Shown here piece by piece: positions 47,069-56,471 of a stretch of DNA of 64,000 bases (position 1 is its first letter; each line of letters begins with the position of its first letter). The notes under the pieces are model-generated. The model saw only the letters and a program-made list of their open reading frames with translations, ran no database searches and was not told where the DNA came from. The translations under genes were made by a program, and so were the position numbers. Source of the DNA: a virus. Taxonomy: Duplodnaviria > Caudoviricetes. Location of the stretch: positions 1,795 through 65,794 of IMG/VR virus record IMGVR_UViG_3300030329_003041; one strand, written 5' to 3'.

Positions 47069-48099
47069 AAAAGTTATTAGTAATATTATTGTTAATTCCT
47101 TTTTTAGGGAATGCTCAAGGACTTAAAAGTATATTTAAGTACTCTACTATGTATGCCGCTGTTAATGGTGGTACATCATTAGGTGATGATCAAATATGGT
47201 CTGTAACATCAGGTACGTTAGAAGAGCAAGTAGTTGAAACACCTTTTGATTATACTCTATCTGTAGGTATCAGAAAAATAAAACGATTTGGATATGAGAA
47301 CAGAGCCAACACTTTTTATAATGGTACGGAGAATTCTTATTCTGATGCCGCGACCATCGGTAGAGTTGATGGCTTTGAGTATTTGTTCGAAGCTGATTTT
47401 GTGCGTCGTTTAGGTGTTAATTTTACTAACCAGCATCACTTTGTAAGATATGTTGCTGATAAGTGGGTTAGTAAAGTAGAATATTTAGCAGATGGGTTTG
47501 CAGATATAAAATACTTTGAAGCATCAGAAAGATTTAGATTACAAATTAAAGAAGGTAAATTATCTTTTAACGTAGGAGCTGTTCAGCGTCTTGCAGAGCC
47601 ATATGGTTTTGACCCCCTGGCAGATTGGGTGCTGGACAATGGGACATTACATTATACATATTTGGCACTACAGGAGGGATACAATATAACATTAGATGGA
47701 CAATACTCAGCACCCAATGGAGAGGTAGTAGCAACTAGTCAAGAAGTATGGGAAGAAGTTATTATACCACAAGTAATAGATGACTATGTAGAAAAACAAA
47801 GAAGTGCAATTTCTAGTATAGTAGAATATTCTGCAGTATTAGGATTTGACTATTACCACTTTACAAAAGACTTTTGGTTTCATTCTTGGGGTAATTTAAT
47901 GCCTTATCACTTAGATACAGATAATACATATTCCTACCATAAATACAATGGTGGTCAGTGGTTAGACTACTCAGCTGGACTTATATATGGATATAGATTT
48001 AATAAAAGCTTAGGTATATTTGTAGAAGGTAGATATAATAAGTATTGGAACCGACAATGGCACAATTTTAGTGTTGGTGTAAACTATGTAATATTTTAA
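47065..48099 (+). CDS. outer-membrane beta-barrel protein
   Basis: signal peptide (..GNAQ), aromatic alternating strands, C-terminal VGVNYVIF beta-signal. Confidence 0.75.
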   Translation: MKKLLVILLLIPFLGNAQGLKSIFKYSTMYAAVNGGTSLGDDQIWSVTSGTLEEQVVETPFDYTLSVGIRKIKRFGYENRANTFYNGTENSYSDAATIGRVDGFEYLFEADFVRRLGVNFTNQHHFVRYVADKWVSKVEYLADGFADIKYFEASERFRLQIKEGKLSFNVGAVQRLAEPYGFDPLADWVLDNGTLHYTYLALQEGYNITLDGQYSAPNGEVVATSQEVWEEVIIPQVIDDYVEKQRSAISSIVEYSAVLGFDYYHFTKDFWFHSWGNLMPYHLDTDNTYSYHKYNGGQWLDYSAGLIYGYRFNKSLGIFVEGRYNKYWNRQWHNFSVGVNYVIF

Positions 48100-48101
48100 T
48101 C

Positions 48102-48386
48102 ATGGCAAAAGAATTAAACGAAGACACAACATTGCAGCTTAGTATAAAGACACTAGCTGGCATAGCAGTTTTAATATTCACCCTGGTGGGTATGTGGTTC
48201 ACACTGCAAGCAGATATAACTGAAGCTAAAGAGTTACCTCTTCCTCCTGATCCTGAAATTACTCGTATGGAATACGATATGAAAGATCAACTTATAAGGC
48301 AGACGATAATGTCAACTCAGGAGGATGTTAAAGAGATTAAAGATCAAATGATAAGGGTAGAAGAAAAAATTGATAAACTAAAATAA
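48102..48386 (+). CDS. single-TM coiled-coil protein
   Basis: one TM helix, PLPPDP linker, C-terminal coiled coil. Confidence 0.65.
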   Translation: MAKELNEDTTLQLSIKTLAGIAVLIFTLVGMWFTLQADITEAKELPLPPDPEITRMEYDMKDQLIRQTIMSTQEDVKEIKDQMIRVEEKIDKLK

Positions 48387-48392
48387 ACAAGT

Positions 48393-48695
48393 ATGTATAA
48401 AGCACTCATTATATTTTTTATGATAACAAATATAGTAAGTGCTCAAGCTCTACGGAAAGATAGAATTATACATACAAGTAGTGTATATTTACTTAGTGCT
48501 ACTACTACTGCATTAGTTTTAGATAGGACTAAAAGTAAAAGAAAAGCTGCAGTATATGGATTTATACTACCTATGATGGTTGGTGTGGCTAAAGAGATGC
48601 GTGATATAAAACATGGTAATCCAGATATAAATGATATATTATCAAATGCTGTTGGAGCTAGTTTAGGTATCATAACTATTAGAATAACATTATGA
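48393..48695 (+). CDS. YfiM/VanZ-like membrane protein
   Basis: D..IH...VGVAKE..D....D..D..SN..G pattern. Confidence 0.6.
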   Translation: MYKALIIFFMITNIVSAQALRKDRIIHTSSVYLLSATTTALVLDRTKSKRKAAVYGFILPMMVGVAKEMRDIKHGNPDINDILSNAVGASLGIITIRITL

Positions 48696-49030
48696 AGAAA
48701 TTATTTCTATTACTATCAATACTAACTACTACTTGTATTGCTCAAGATTTTCCTGACGGAATGGTAGCTGTAGAATTTAATGCTAGTTTTAATGCTGCTA
48801 ATCAAGTAGAATGGTTGCCTAAATTAACAGATTGTGAAACAGAACGAGTTGATATAACATCTGATTCTAGGTGGGCTAGTGAATATAAAATAGTAGTTGT
48901 ACCTACTATCGTTATATTCAACAACAATGAAGAAGTTAAAAGATTTCAAGCAAATATAATGATGACTATGGAGGTTACTAAGAATGAAGTACAAAACTCT
49001 ATAGACGAAATAGTAATGGAAGCATTCTGA
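48692..49030 (+). CDS. exported thioredoxin-fold protein lacking CxxC
   Basis: signal peptide; VEFNASFN at the CxxC position; cis-Pro VVPTIVIF...EVKRF. Confidence 0.7.
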   Translation: MKKLFLLLSILTTTCIAQDFPDGMVAVEFNASFNAANQVEWLPKLTDCETERVDITSDSRWASEYKIVVVPTIVIFNNNEEVKRFQANIMMTMEVTKNEVQNSIDEIVMEAF

Positions 49031-49224
49031 TGCCACATAAAGTATTCATACGGCACACTTACATATATAAATGCGGAGAACAAGCTTGTTCTGAAGAGTG
49101 GAAAATAAATGAAGCATCTAAACTAGATAAGCTTAGATGCCCTCATTGTGGTAAATATGATAGTGTTGAATACGTTGATACAGATCAAAGAACTAAATAC
49201 AATAGAAGAGGTATTGGATTATAA
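49030..49224 (+). CDS. zinc-ribbon protein
   Basis: C-x4-C ... CPHCG. Confidence 0.65.
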   Translation: MPHKVFIRHTYIYKCGEQACSEEWKINEASKLDKLRCPHCGKYDSVEYVDTDQRTKYNRRGIGL

Positions 49225-49226
49225 AA

Positions 49227-50852
49227 CTAACCTTCGCAACTACTACACTCTAATATATTTCTACTAAATGCCTGAGCAGAGCTTTGACTAAACTGATAGT
49301 ATAAAGTCTTAACTCCTTCCTCCCAAGCGTATAGGTAAAGCTTATTAATATCTTTAGCTGATATACTAGGATCAATCATAAGGTTTAAACTCTGTGACTG
49401 ATCTATATACTTCTGTCTTTGAGCAGCTTGTAATACTATTTCCTTTGGAGATATTTCAATGAAAGATTTAAACACTCCTTTAGTAGGAAAATCTAAATGT
49501 TGAACAGAGCCATCTTTCTTTAAAATACTATCCCAAGTCTTCTTACTATCTAATTTATACTTTTCTAATTCTGCTTTTAAAAACGGATTTTGATAAACAG
49601 TTTTCGTTTTAGCCAGATCTTTAATAAAGTAATTAGACTTAATAGGTTCAATCCCCATACTGACAGCACCGTGAATAAAGGAGCTAGATTTTGTTGGTGC
49701 AATAGCCATGAGAGTTGTGTTAGCAAACCCGTCACGTAAAGACTTGTACCCTTTGTATTCAGAGAGCCATTTAGACGCGTTCTCTGATCGTTCTTTAATA
49801 GTTTTGAATATTTCATCATTTAATGATTTTGCGTGCAGAGAATCAAACTCTATGAGCTTAGATTGAAATAAAGAATGATAACCTAAAACTCCTAATCCAA
49901 TAGCTCTATGTTGTGATGCAAATCTATGTGCTCGAGCTAAACCAGGTAGTGTTGCTGATTTTACTACAAACTCATCCATAACTGCGTTCAAGAAGTGTGT
50001 ATAGCACTCAATAGCATCTGTATTTTTGATCTCATCCCAGTGTAATAAATTAATTGAACCTAAGCAACAAACAAAAGAGTTATAGCTATCAGTTGGTAAT
50101 TGAATTTCAGAACATAAATTAGAAGCTGTTATTTCTAATCCTAGTTCTTTATATGGTGAATTGTCATTAGAATTATCTTTAAACATAATGTATGGAAAAC
50201 CAAACTCAGATCTACGCTGTATTACTTTAGCCCATATTTTACGCTTAGCTTTATCACCTTCTTTCATAGACTGCATCCATTCACTTGTTACTGTAACTCC
50301 ATATTGAAGATTTTGAATTGGGTTTCCTTCGGTTCCAATATCTAAAAACTCTTCAATATCGCTATGTTCTACAGGTAGATAAACTGCACAAGCTCCTCTT
50401 CTGGCTTCCGACTGCTTACAAACATCAACAGTAGTATCATACATACGAGCATAATGAACAGGGCCATCAGCTTTACCACCTGTTGATATAACACTACCTC
50501 TTGGTCGTATATTACCAAGATAAGCAGATGTACCACCACCATATTTAGACATCATACCTATTTCACGCGATGCATTTAATATACTATCTAAGTTATCATC
50601 TATATTACTACCGTAACAACTAATAGGTAAACCTTTTTGTTTACCAAAATTAATCCATACCGGAGTAGAAAGAGAATAAAAGCCTCTTGCCATATAATCT
50701 TCAAACTTCTGAGCAAAATCTTCCATTTTCAAGATCTTTTCGGCTGTATTAGCTATATCTTTTATCCTTTGTTCTGGGGTCTCTGTTATATATCCTCTAG
50801 ATAAAAACAATCTTGACTCTTCATTGAGCCAGTAATACTTCTTATACTCCAT
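49227..50852 (-). CDS. nrdA: ribonucleotide reductase class I alpha subunit
   Basis: LPISC, GGG, RRGA, SNLCSEI, APT, KTLYY, C-terminal CxxC; no ATP cone. Confidence 0.95.
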   Translation of the reverse strand: MEYKKYYWLNEESRLFLSRGYITETPEQRIKDIANTAEKILKMEDFAQKFEDYMARGFYSLSTPVWINFGKQKGLPISCYGSNIDDNLDSILNASREIGMMSKYGGGTSAYLGNIRPRGSVISTGGKADGPVHYARMYDTTVDVCKQSEARRGACAVYLPVEHSDIEEFLDIGTEGNPIQNLQYGVTVTSEWMQSMKEGDKAKRKIWAKVIQRRSEFGFPYIMFKDNSNDNSPYKELGLEITASNLCSEIQLPTDSYNSFVCCLGSINLLHWDEIKNTDAIECYTHFLNAVMDEFVVKSATLPGLARAHRFASQHRAIGLGVLGYHSLFQSKLIEFDSLHAKSLNDEIFKTIKERSENASKWLSEYKGYKSLRDGFANTTLMAIAPTKSSSFIHGAVSMGIEPIKSNYFIKDLAKTKTVYQNPFLKAELEKYKLDSKKTWDSILKKDGSVQHLDFPTKGVFKSFIEISPKEIVLQAAQRQKYIDQSQSLNLMIDPSISAKDINKLYLYAWEEGVKTLYYQFSQSSAQAFSRNILECSSCEG

Positions 50853-51832
50853 TAAAATAAATCGTCTATTGTTATACTTTTGCTTTTCTTATTGTAATCA
50901 ATCTGTTTTTTATAAAAGAAATCTCCCTCTTTAGTTGCTGTAATTTCAACATCGAACCACTTGGTATTATCGAGGATTTCTTCATTGATCTCGAATACAG
51001 AGTCATAACCTATTTTATTTAGTGAATTGTTAAATCTATTTTTAATAAATTCTTGTATTGTTTCTTTGGGTAAAAAACTTAATTCTCCGTTTTCAAATAT
51101 CCAATCTAAAACTTTACACTCAGCTTTATAAGCTTTTTCACAAGCAGATATTATTAGTATTTTAAAGTCTTCATCAAACCACTCAGGGTTTTCTATTCTA
51201 ATAATATTTATTATCTCAGCTCCGAAATTACCATGTATATCTTCCTCTTTAGAGGTCGCTTCTACAACGTTAGATATACCTTTAAGTAAGTTTTTATTCT
51301 TATTAAAAGACATCATTATTAAGAACTGACTAAATAAACTAACGTGCTCTATAAATAAAGAAAATAATAGTACTGATTTAGTATACATTTTATTATCTCT
51401 TGATCTAGTACCATCTAAATACTTAGTTAAATACTTTATTCTAGCTTCTATAGCTGGTACTTCTACTACAGTTTCAAATTCTTTTTCTAAACCAAGAATA
51501 CGTAACAGTCTAGCGTAAGCATCTTTATGTCTAACTTCAGATTCAGCAAATGTCATACCTACATCACCAATCTCACTTATAGGCATTCTTTTATACATAT
51601 CAGCCCAGAAAGTTTTAACGTTGACTTCTATTTGAGCTATTGATAACATAGTTTTCTTAATTACATCTCTTTCATGATCTGTTATATTTACCTTAAAATC
51701 CTGAATGTCATCAGTAAAATTGAACTCTGTATCTATCCAGTATGAATGCCTTATAGCATCTTTATATTCTAATAACTGTGGGTATTTATAAGGTAGTATA
51801 TTCAACCTTTTTTCAAATATATTATTCTTCAT
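50852..51832 (-). CDS. nrdB: ribonucleotide reductase class I beta subunit
   Basis: ESEVRHKDAY, EEDIH iron ligands, DFF..DY tail. Confidence 0.95.
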   Translation of the reverse strand: MKNNIFEKRLNILPYKYPQLLEYKDAIRHSYWIDTEFNFTDDIQDFKVNITDHERDVIKKTMLSIAQIEVNVKTFWADMYKRMPISEIGDVGMTFAESEVRHKDAYARLLRILGLEKEFETVVEVPAIEARIKYLTKYLDGTRSRDNKMYTKSVLLFSLFIEHVSLFSQFLIMMSFNKNKNLLKGISNVVEATSKEEDIHGNFGAEIINIIRIENPEWFDEDFKILIISACEKAYKAECKVLDWIFENGELSFLPKETIQEFIKNRFNNSLNKIGYDSVFEINEEILDNTKWFDVEITATKEGDFFYKKQIDYNKKSKSITIDDLF

Positions 51833-51974
51833 CTTTTATCTTATCTTCAAGTGTTAATGCTAAGTCAAAACAACCGATATAAAGTACGTGTATAGCAAAA
51901 CCATCATTAAGATAAGTTCTAACACCAAATAAAAAACCAGGAATAAATCCTAGTTCTAAATGCCAATTTTTCAT
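51822..51974 (-). CDS. small hypothetical protein (not in the ORF track)
   Basis: 50 aa MKNWHLELGFIPGFLFGVRTY...; fills the gap with overlapping start/stop. Confidence 0.6.
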   Translation of the reverse strand: MKNWHLELGFIPGFLFGVRTYLNDGFAIHVLYIGCFDLALTLEDKIKDEE

Positions 51975-52417
51975 TTTCTTTTATTTAAAATTAATTCAAC
52001 AACTTTGTCACACTCTTTTTGATTTTGAGGCTTATATAAAGTTACATTAGGGAACTGATTCATAACTAATCTTTTGAATAACTTCCATCGCATAGGAAAT
52101 GACTCATTAGCTCTACCTTTTGTCTCTATTATAAAATCATTACCAATAAAATCAGGCGTATATTTTATAGGTAGTATACGCTTACAACCTCTATTAACCA
52201 TTTCGCCTTTACCATTAGATTGACGTTCATATGCTTCATTTTCAAAATGAAAACCATCTAATAAAACGAAAGTCTCTCCTTCATATTTAGATTTTATTTT
52301 AGCATTTTTCAATGCTACATACATATATTTTTCTAAACCTGAAGCAAACTCTATACCATCAAACGTTACTTTTTTAGATCGTACAGGTCCTTTATTACGC
52401 TTGATCTTTTTTCTCAT
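51971..52417 (-). CDS. PD-(D/E)XK endonuclease / Holliday junction resolvase (T7 endo I/DUF1064-like)
   Basis: FASGLE, YTPDF...IIETKG. Confidence 0.8.
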   Translation of the reverse strand: MRKKIKRNKGPVRSKKVTFDGIEFASGLEKYMYVALKNAKIKSKYEGETFVLLDGFHFENEAYERQSNGKGEMVNRGCKRILPIKYTPDFIGNDFIIETKGRANESFPMRWKLFKRLVMNQFPNVTLYKPQNQKECDKVVELILNKRK

Positions 52418-52694
52418 GATTTCTAAGATCTATTAAATCAATTAACTCTTCACGAGCTGATTGAATATAAAGTATTGCGTCCATTAATTCTTCTTGTATA
52501 TCGTTTAGATAACCTAATAAGTCTTTATGACCTTCGATACGTTCACTATGTAATGTTCTACCATATTTAGCAAAGCCTGTATTAGACCTATCTACAAACT
52601 TATCTACAACTCTTTTAACTACTGGGTCTCTAAAGCCATATGATTCTCTATCTTCATAACCATTTTTTGAATCCATTATTTCTCTACTACTCAT
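52395..52694 (-). CDS. small all-alpha NTP-pyrophosphatase-like protein
   Basis: G.AKYG.TL...QEELMDAILY. Confidence 0.55.
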   Translation of the reverse strand: MSSREIMDSKNGYEDRESYGFRDPVVKRVVDKFVDRSNTGFAKYGRTLHSERIEGHKDLLGYLNDIQEELMDAILYIQSAREELIDLIDLRNHEKKDQA

Positions 52695-52698
52695 AATA

Positions 52699-53466
52699 TT
52701 AATCTTTTACAAATGTTCCATTAACCATTTTACCTGTACGCTTCGATATAGTTGCATAAGCATTTTCTATACAGTCTTCTATATCTAATTTTTCTAGCTT
52801 AGCCAAGTTTGTAAGTACCACAACCATATCACCAATAGCATCTATAACTTCTGGCTTATCGTTTTTAAGTAATGCTTGAGCTAGTTCACCGGCTTCTTCC
52901 ATCAACTTAACATACTGCGTGTGTGAATTACCTTTATCATATATACCTCTTACCATAGCCCAACTACGTATATTATCAAATATATTACGATTAGGTTTTT
53001 CTTCATCATTTAAATATTCATTTGACCATTCAGCGTAAGCCTTGTTATATATATAGCATCTGTTTTTGTCAAACTGTGAAGTTATAGCATGATCCATTAT
53101 CCATGCAATAACATCATGATTTAATACTATATCAGCGTGTTCTGTTTCAATAACTGTGTCTGCAATATCCATTAACCTGCCTCTCAACTTATTAAGTGGG
53201 ACAGGAAATGTAGTTGTTTGTTCTGTTACATTTACTTTCATTTTTTTCTTTTTATTAACGTTTAAATTTTCATATAAGATTTGATCTACTTTATAACCAT
53301 AAGCTAGTTGTAGTTCTTTTTCCATAATGGATGCAACACTTATATCTTCTGTTGAATATACTATATAATATTCTCCAGATTTATAACCTTGTTGTTCTTC
53401 TACTCTTTTTTTAGGGTTTTTAGTAACTCCTACTTTTTTACCTGGTATATGATATACGTGATACAT
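52699..53466 (-). CDS. GIY-YIG-like N-terminal domain fused to MazG-like nucleotide pyrophosphohydrolase
   Basis: YHVYH..KKVGVT.NPKKR...E; C-terminal KLMEEAGEL...DAIGD. Confidence 0.75.
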   Translation of the reverse strand: MYHVYHIPGKKVGVTKNPKKRVEEQQGYKSGEYYIVYSTEDISVASIMEKELQLAYGYKVDQILYENLNVNKKKKMKVNVTEQTTTFPVPLNKLRGRLMDIADTVIETEHADIVLNHDVIAWIMDHAITSQFDKNRCYIYNKAYAEWSNEYLNDEEKPNRNIFDNIRSWAMVRGIYDKGNSHTQYVKLMEEAGELAQALLKNDKPEVIDAIGDMVVVLTNLAKLEKLDIEDCIENAYATISKRTGKMVNGTFVKD

Positions 53467-53467
53467 T

Positions 53468-54130
53468 TTATTTTTGTTTTAGTAATTTATCTTTATATAA
53501 ATGCATGTTATGAGCGTAATGATAATAAGTACCAACTTCATAACCTGTCTTTTGAGCAACTAACATTTGTAAGTTTGAGAATTGATATTGATCATTACAG
53601 AAGCCATACCAGAGATCGTTAGATCGCATTACAACAGACATATTTAGATAATCATCTATAACTGTGAATTGCACTGCATATGTGCATGGGGTGTCATTGT
53701 CGTACTCGTGTATTTCTTTACCGTCGTATATACTTATTGCTGCTTGTCGTGTATTTGGATCTTTTTTTAGCATCTCAATAACTTTATTTAATTGAGAATT
53801 ACGACTCCATTGATGACCGTAATTAGAATTAACTTTACCTTTATCATCTGCCATGCGTTTCCATATTTCAGGTACTTTACCATATATATGACCTAACTCA
53901 GAAATATAAGGATGAGCGGTTAAATACCATTCCCATTCAGCTTGAGCATACTCTAACGACCATTTACGATCAACATGACCTTCATGTATAATGTTAAAAG
54001 TAGGATGGCTCATTAATATACTAACGTCAAATAAAGTTTTAGTATCTCCAAACTCTATACCCTCATCAGAAATAAGATCATATAGTTTGTAGAAAGCTTC
54101 AGATGCGTAAGCAACTTCTATGTGTTTCAT
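53468..54130 (-). CDS. thymidylate-synthase-superfamily enzyme, dCMP hydroxymethylase (T4 gp42)-like
   Basis: P.IW...A..KG.VNSNYG, PCT, MRSNDLWYGFCND (Asp at the base-specificity position), HYAHNMHLY. Confidence 0.8.
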   Translation of the reverse strand: MKHIEVAYASEAFYKLYDLISDEGIEFGDTKTLFDVSILMSHPTFNIIHEGHVDRKWSLEYAQAEWEWYLTAHPYISELGHIYGKVPEIWKRMADDKGKVNSNYGHQWSRNSQLNKVIEMLKKDPNTRQAAISIYDGKEIHEYDNDTPCTYAVQFTVIDDYLNMSVVMRSNDLWYGFCNDQYQFSNLQMLVAQKTGYEVGTYYHYAHNMHLYKDKLLKQK

Positions 54131-54390
54131 TTTTTATACTTTTTATAATAATACTCATAATATTCCCAACGTTTAGCGTCAGCTTCAGAAGCTGTATAAT
54201 TTTTAGGATCTTTAGTGGTATTATCTTTAATAATAATTTCTACTATCCAAGCATCACTATCATTCCAATTAGGAACAACAGCAATACCGATACCGTTTTT
54301 TAAACACCAAGCCATATGCTTCATGTTTGTTTCAGTAAATTTGTGATAACCGGGACGTCTTGATATAACCTTTTTAGGCATTATTCCCAA
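54127..54390 (-). CDS. hypothetical protein
   Basis: ORF overlapping its neighbours; start may be the second Met (MPKK). Confidence 0.65.
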   Translation of the reverse strand: MGIMPKKVISRRPGYHKFTETNMKHMAWCLKNGIGIAVVPNWNDSDAWIVEIIIKDNTTKDPKNYTASEADAKRWEYYEYYYKKYKK

Positions 54391-56093
54391 GGCATTTTCT
54401 CATCTTCTATCAAATCAGATGCTAAAGGTAGGAAACTACCAGACTTGTGCTCCCATGTAAAATGGGCTTCAGCTCCGTTTTCACCTAAGTTTTGAAATTT
54501 AACTTTCAATACTTTAGCTTTAACAGTTTTAGCTTCATAATCTCTATGCACAAGTAAGCCATGATAACTAGCGTCATACCACTCACCGCCACCCTTAATG
54601 TTATACATAGTCGGCTCTTCGATTTTACCGTCTTTGTCTTTATACATTTTAGTAGGATGAGCTACTATAATAACTAGCACATCATATTTTTTAGCAAACA
54701 CTTCTATTTTTTGCAAATACTCTAGTGTATAACGATTTACATCATCTGAGTTAGCATTAATATCTCTAATTTTATTAAATGGATCAACAACTAAGCATTT
54801 AATACCTTTACGTTTAACAAGCTCAGCACCTTTACGTAATACAGCTTCAAGACTATATTTATCCATGTCGATAAAGAAAAAGTTATCATTAACGTGGTCA
54901 GTTACTGTGTTCCATTTGTCATTACCTATATCGTTTGCTCTTGGCATGTCTTGCCAAACTTTACGCATAAGTTTATGAGCATGTAAAAATGTAGGTTGAT
55001 TTTCAGGACTAGCAAAAGCAGTTTTCCAACCATAGTTTTTATTATAACCTACACACATTTGATCTACAAAATCTGATTTACCAGAAGATGGTATACCAGT
55101 AACAGTTATAAACTGCCCTGTATATGTACTAAATATTTTGTCAAAATTTTCTATACCTATTTGATAACCAGGTTTAAAACCATTTTTAACAAAGTCTTTT
55201 AGTTCATCTTCAATATCTCTTAGTGTTGATACACCTTCAAGAGGTACTGGTTGGCATTTATCTATAACATTACGTAACTGTTCTTTACTATACTTAAGCA
55301 AATAATCGTTTGCGTCTTTACAATCTTGAAAGTCGACTAAATAACAAGTTTCAGCACCAAGACGTCTAATAAACTCTTGTTTAAGAGCTTGACCAGGTTC
55401 ATCAGCATCAACAGCTAATATAATCTTAGTTTTGTCTTCTAAATAGTCAATGCAATTATCTAAGTATTCAAGGTTGTTTGAATTTAATGTAGCACCGTTA
55501 GGTACTGATATTACATTTTTAATTCCCGCTTCGTGCATTGCAAGCACATCCATTTCGCCTTCAACAATAATACAAAAGTCATAACCAACTATACTGTTAA
55601 TGTTATAAAATATTTTTTCTGCTCCTTTAAACAGTTTAAAATTCTTACGACCATCACGGTATTTAACATTGATTAATTGATCACCCATGTAGTAGTTAAA
55701 CTGTATAGTATTCTCTGACTTGCCTGTTTGAGGCATAAACTCAGCACCCTCGCTAACGCGAAGGTCACTGAGAGTTTGCTTCGATATACCTCTAGCTTCA
55801 AACCACTGTTCAACTTTAGTAGATGTTGGTTTAAACTCTACTTGAGGTCTAACGTAAACTTTTTCGCTAGCACCTTTTCGTTGATAAGTGTGTAATTGAA
55901 AACTAGTATTACAATTGTGACAAGTACCAAGACCACGTTCCCAATCATAAGAAGCGCATTTAGCTTTCTTATTCTTAGGTTTTCTATCAGCAGAACACAA
56001 AGGACAAATCCCTTGTGTTTTACCTGCTTCAAGCTCATATTGATTGAACTTGTCAATCAAGAATCCATTGATCTCTCTACTCTCTATATTCAT
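54381..56093 (-). CDS. DNA primase-helicase (T7 gp4/Twinkle-like)
   Basis: Zn finger CPLC..CHNC, TOPRIM EGEMD..D.D, Walker A GIPSSGKS, VVDP, AHP. Confidence 0.93.
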   Translation of the reverse strand: MNIESREINGFLIDKFNQYELEAGKTQGICPLCSADRKPKNKKAKCASYDWERGLGTCHNCNTSFQLHTYQRKGASEKVYVRPQVEFKPTSTKVEQWFEARGISKQTLSDLRVSEGAEFMPQTGKSENTIQFNYYMGDQLINVKYRDGRKNFKLFKGAEKIFYNINSIVGYDFCIIVEGEMDVLAMHEAGIKNVISVPNGATLNSNNLEYLDNCIDYLEDKTKIILAVDADEPGQALKQEFIRRLGAETCYLVDFQDCKDANDYLLKYSKEQLRNVIDKCQPVPLEGVSTLRDIEDELKDFVKNGFKPGYQIGIENFDKIFSTYTGQFITVTGIPSSGKSDFVDQMCVGYNKNYGWKTAFASPENQPTFLHAHKLMRKVWQDMPRANDIGNDKWNTVTDHVNDNFFFIDMDKYSLEAVLRKGAELVKRKGIKCLVVDPFNKIRDINANSDDVNRYTLEYLQKIEVFAKKYDVLVIIVAHPTKMYKDKDGKIEEPTMYNIKGGGEWYDASYHGLLVHRDYEAKTVKAKVLKVKFQNLGENGAEAHFTWEHKSGSFLPLASDLIEDEKMPWE

Positions 56094-56094
56094 A

Positions 56095-56403
56095 CTAGAA
56101 AGGTAAATCGTCGTCAGCTACAGCTGCTTTTTGCTCTTCATGTGGCATTGTGTCACGAGGAGCAGCATCAACATTATCGCCGTTAGTCCAAACTACTTTA
56201 ACATTACCTAAGTAAGTTTTAGCAGTTTTAGCTTCACGTTCTTCTTTCGTCTGATCTACACAGATCGGACCTTGATTACCGAACTGATCAGGTTCGTCAT
56301 TGATGGTAATAATAATAGGTAAATACTTACCTTTTTTACCTTCAATGATTTTATCCTTAGGGACTTCACTAAGATTGATCGAGGCTTTAATAATACTTGC
56401 CAT
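56095..56403 (-). CDS. putative single-stranded DNA-binding protein
   Basis: 102 aa, acidic tail DDDLPF, between primase and recombination genes. Confidence 0.7.
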   Translation of the reverse strand: MASIIKASINLSEVPKDKIIEGKKGKYLPIIITINDEPDQFGNQGPICVDQTKEEREAKTAKTYLGNVKVVWTNGDNVDAAPRDTMPHEEQKAAVADDDLPF

Positions 56404-56435
56404 AATAAAATAAATAAGGGTTAATAATTACAATT

Positions 56436-56468
56436 TATTATCTGCTACTGGTCGTATTTAGTTTGTGA
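56436..56468 (-). promoter_or_regulatory. phage early promoter-like motif, copy 4
   Basis: TATTATCT-GCTACTGG-TCGT-ATTTAG-TTTGTGA on +; 33 nt upstream of the SSB start. Confidence 0.8.
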
Positions 56469-56471
56469 CAA

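Noticed and set aside
53468-54130. Plain thyA annotation
   Set aside because: The specificity position is Asp (GFCND) rather than the Asn of ThyA, and flanking motifs resemble T4 gp42
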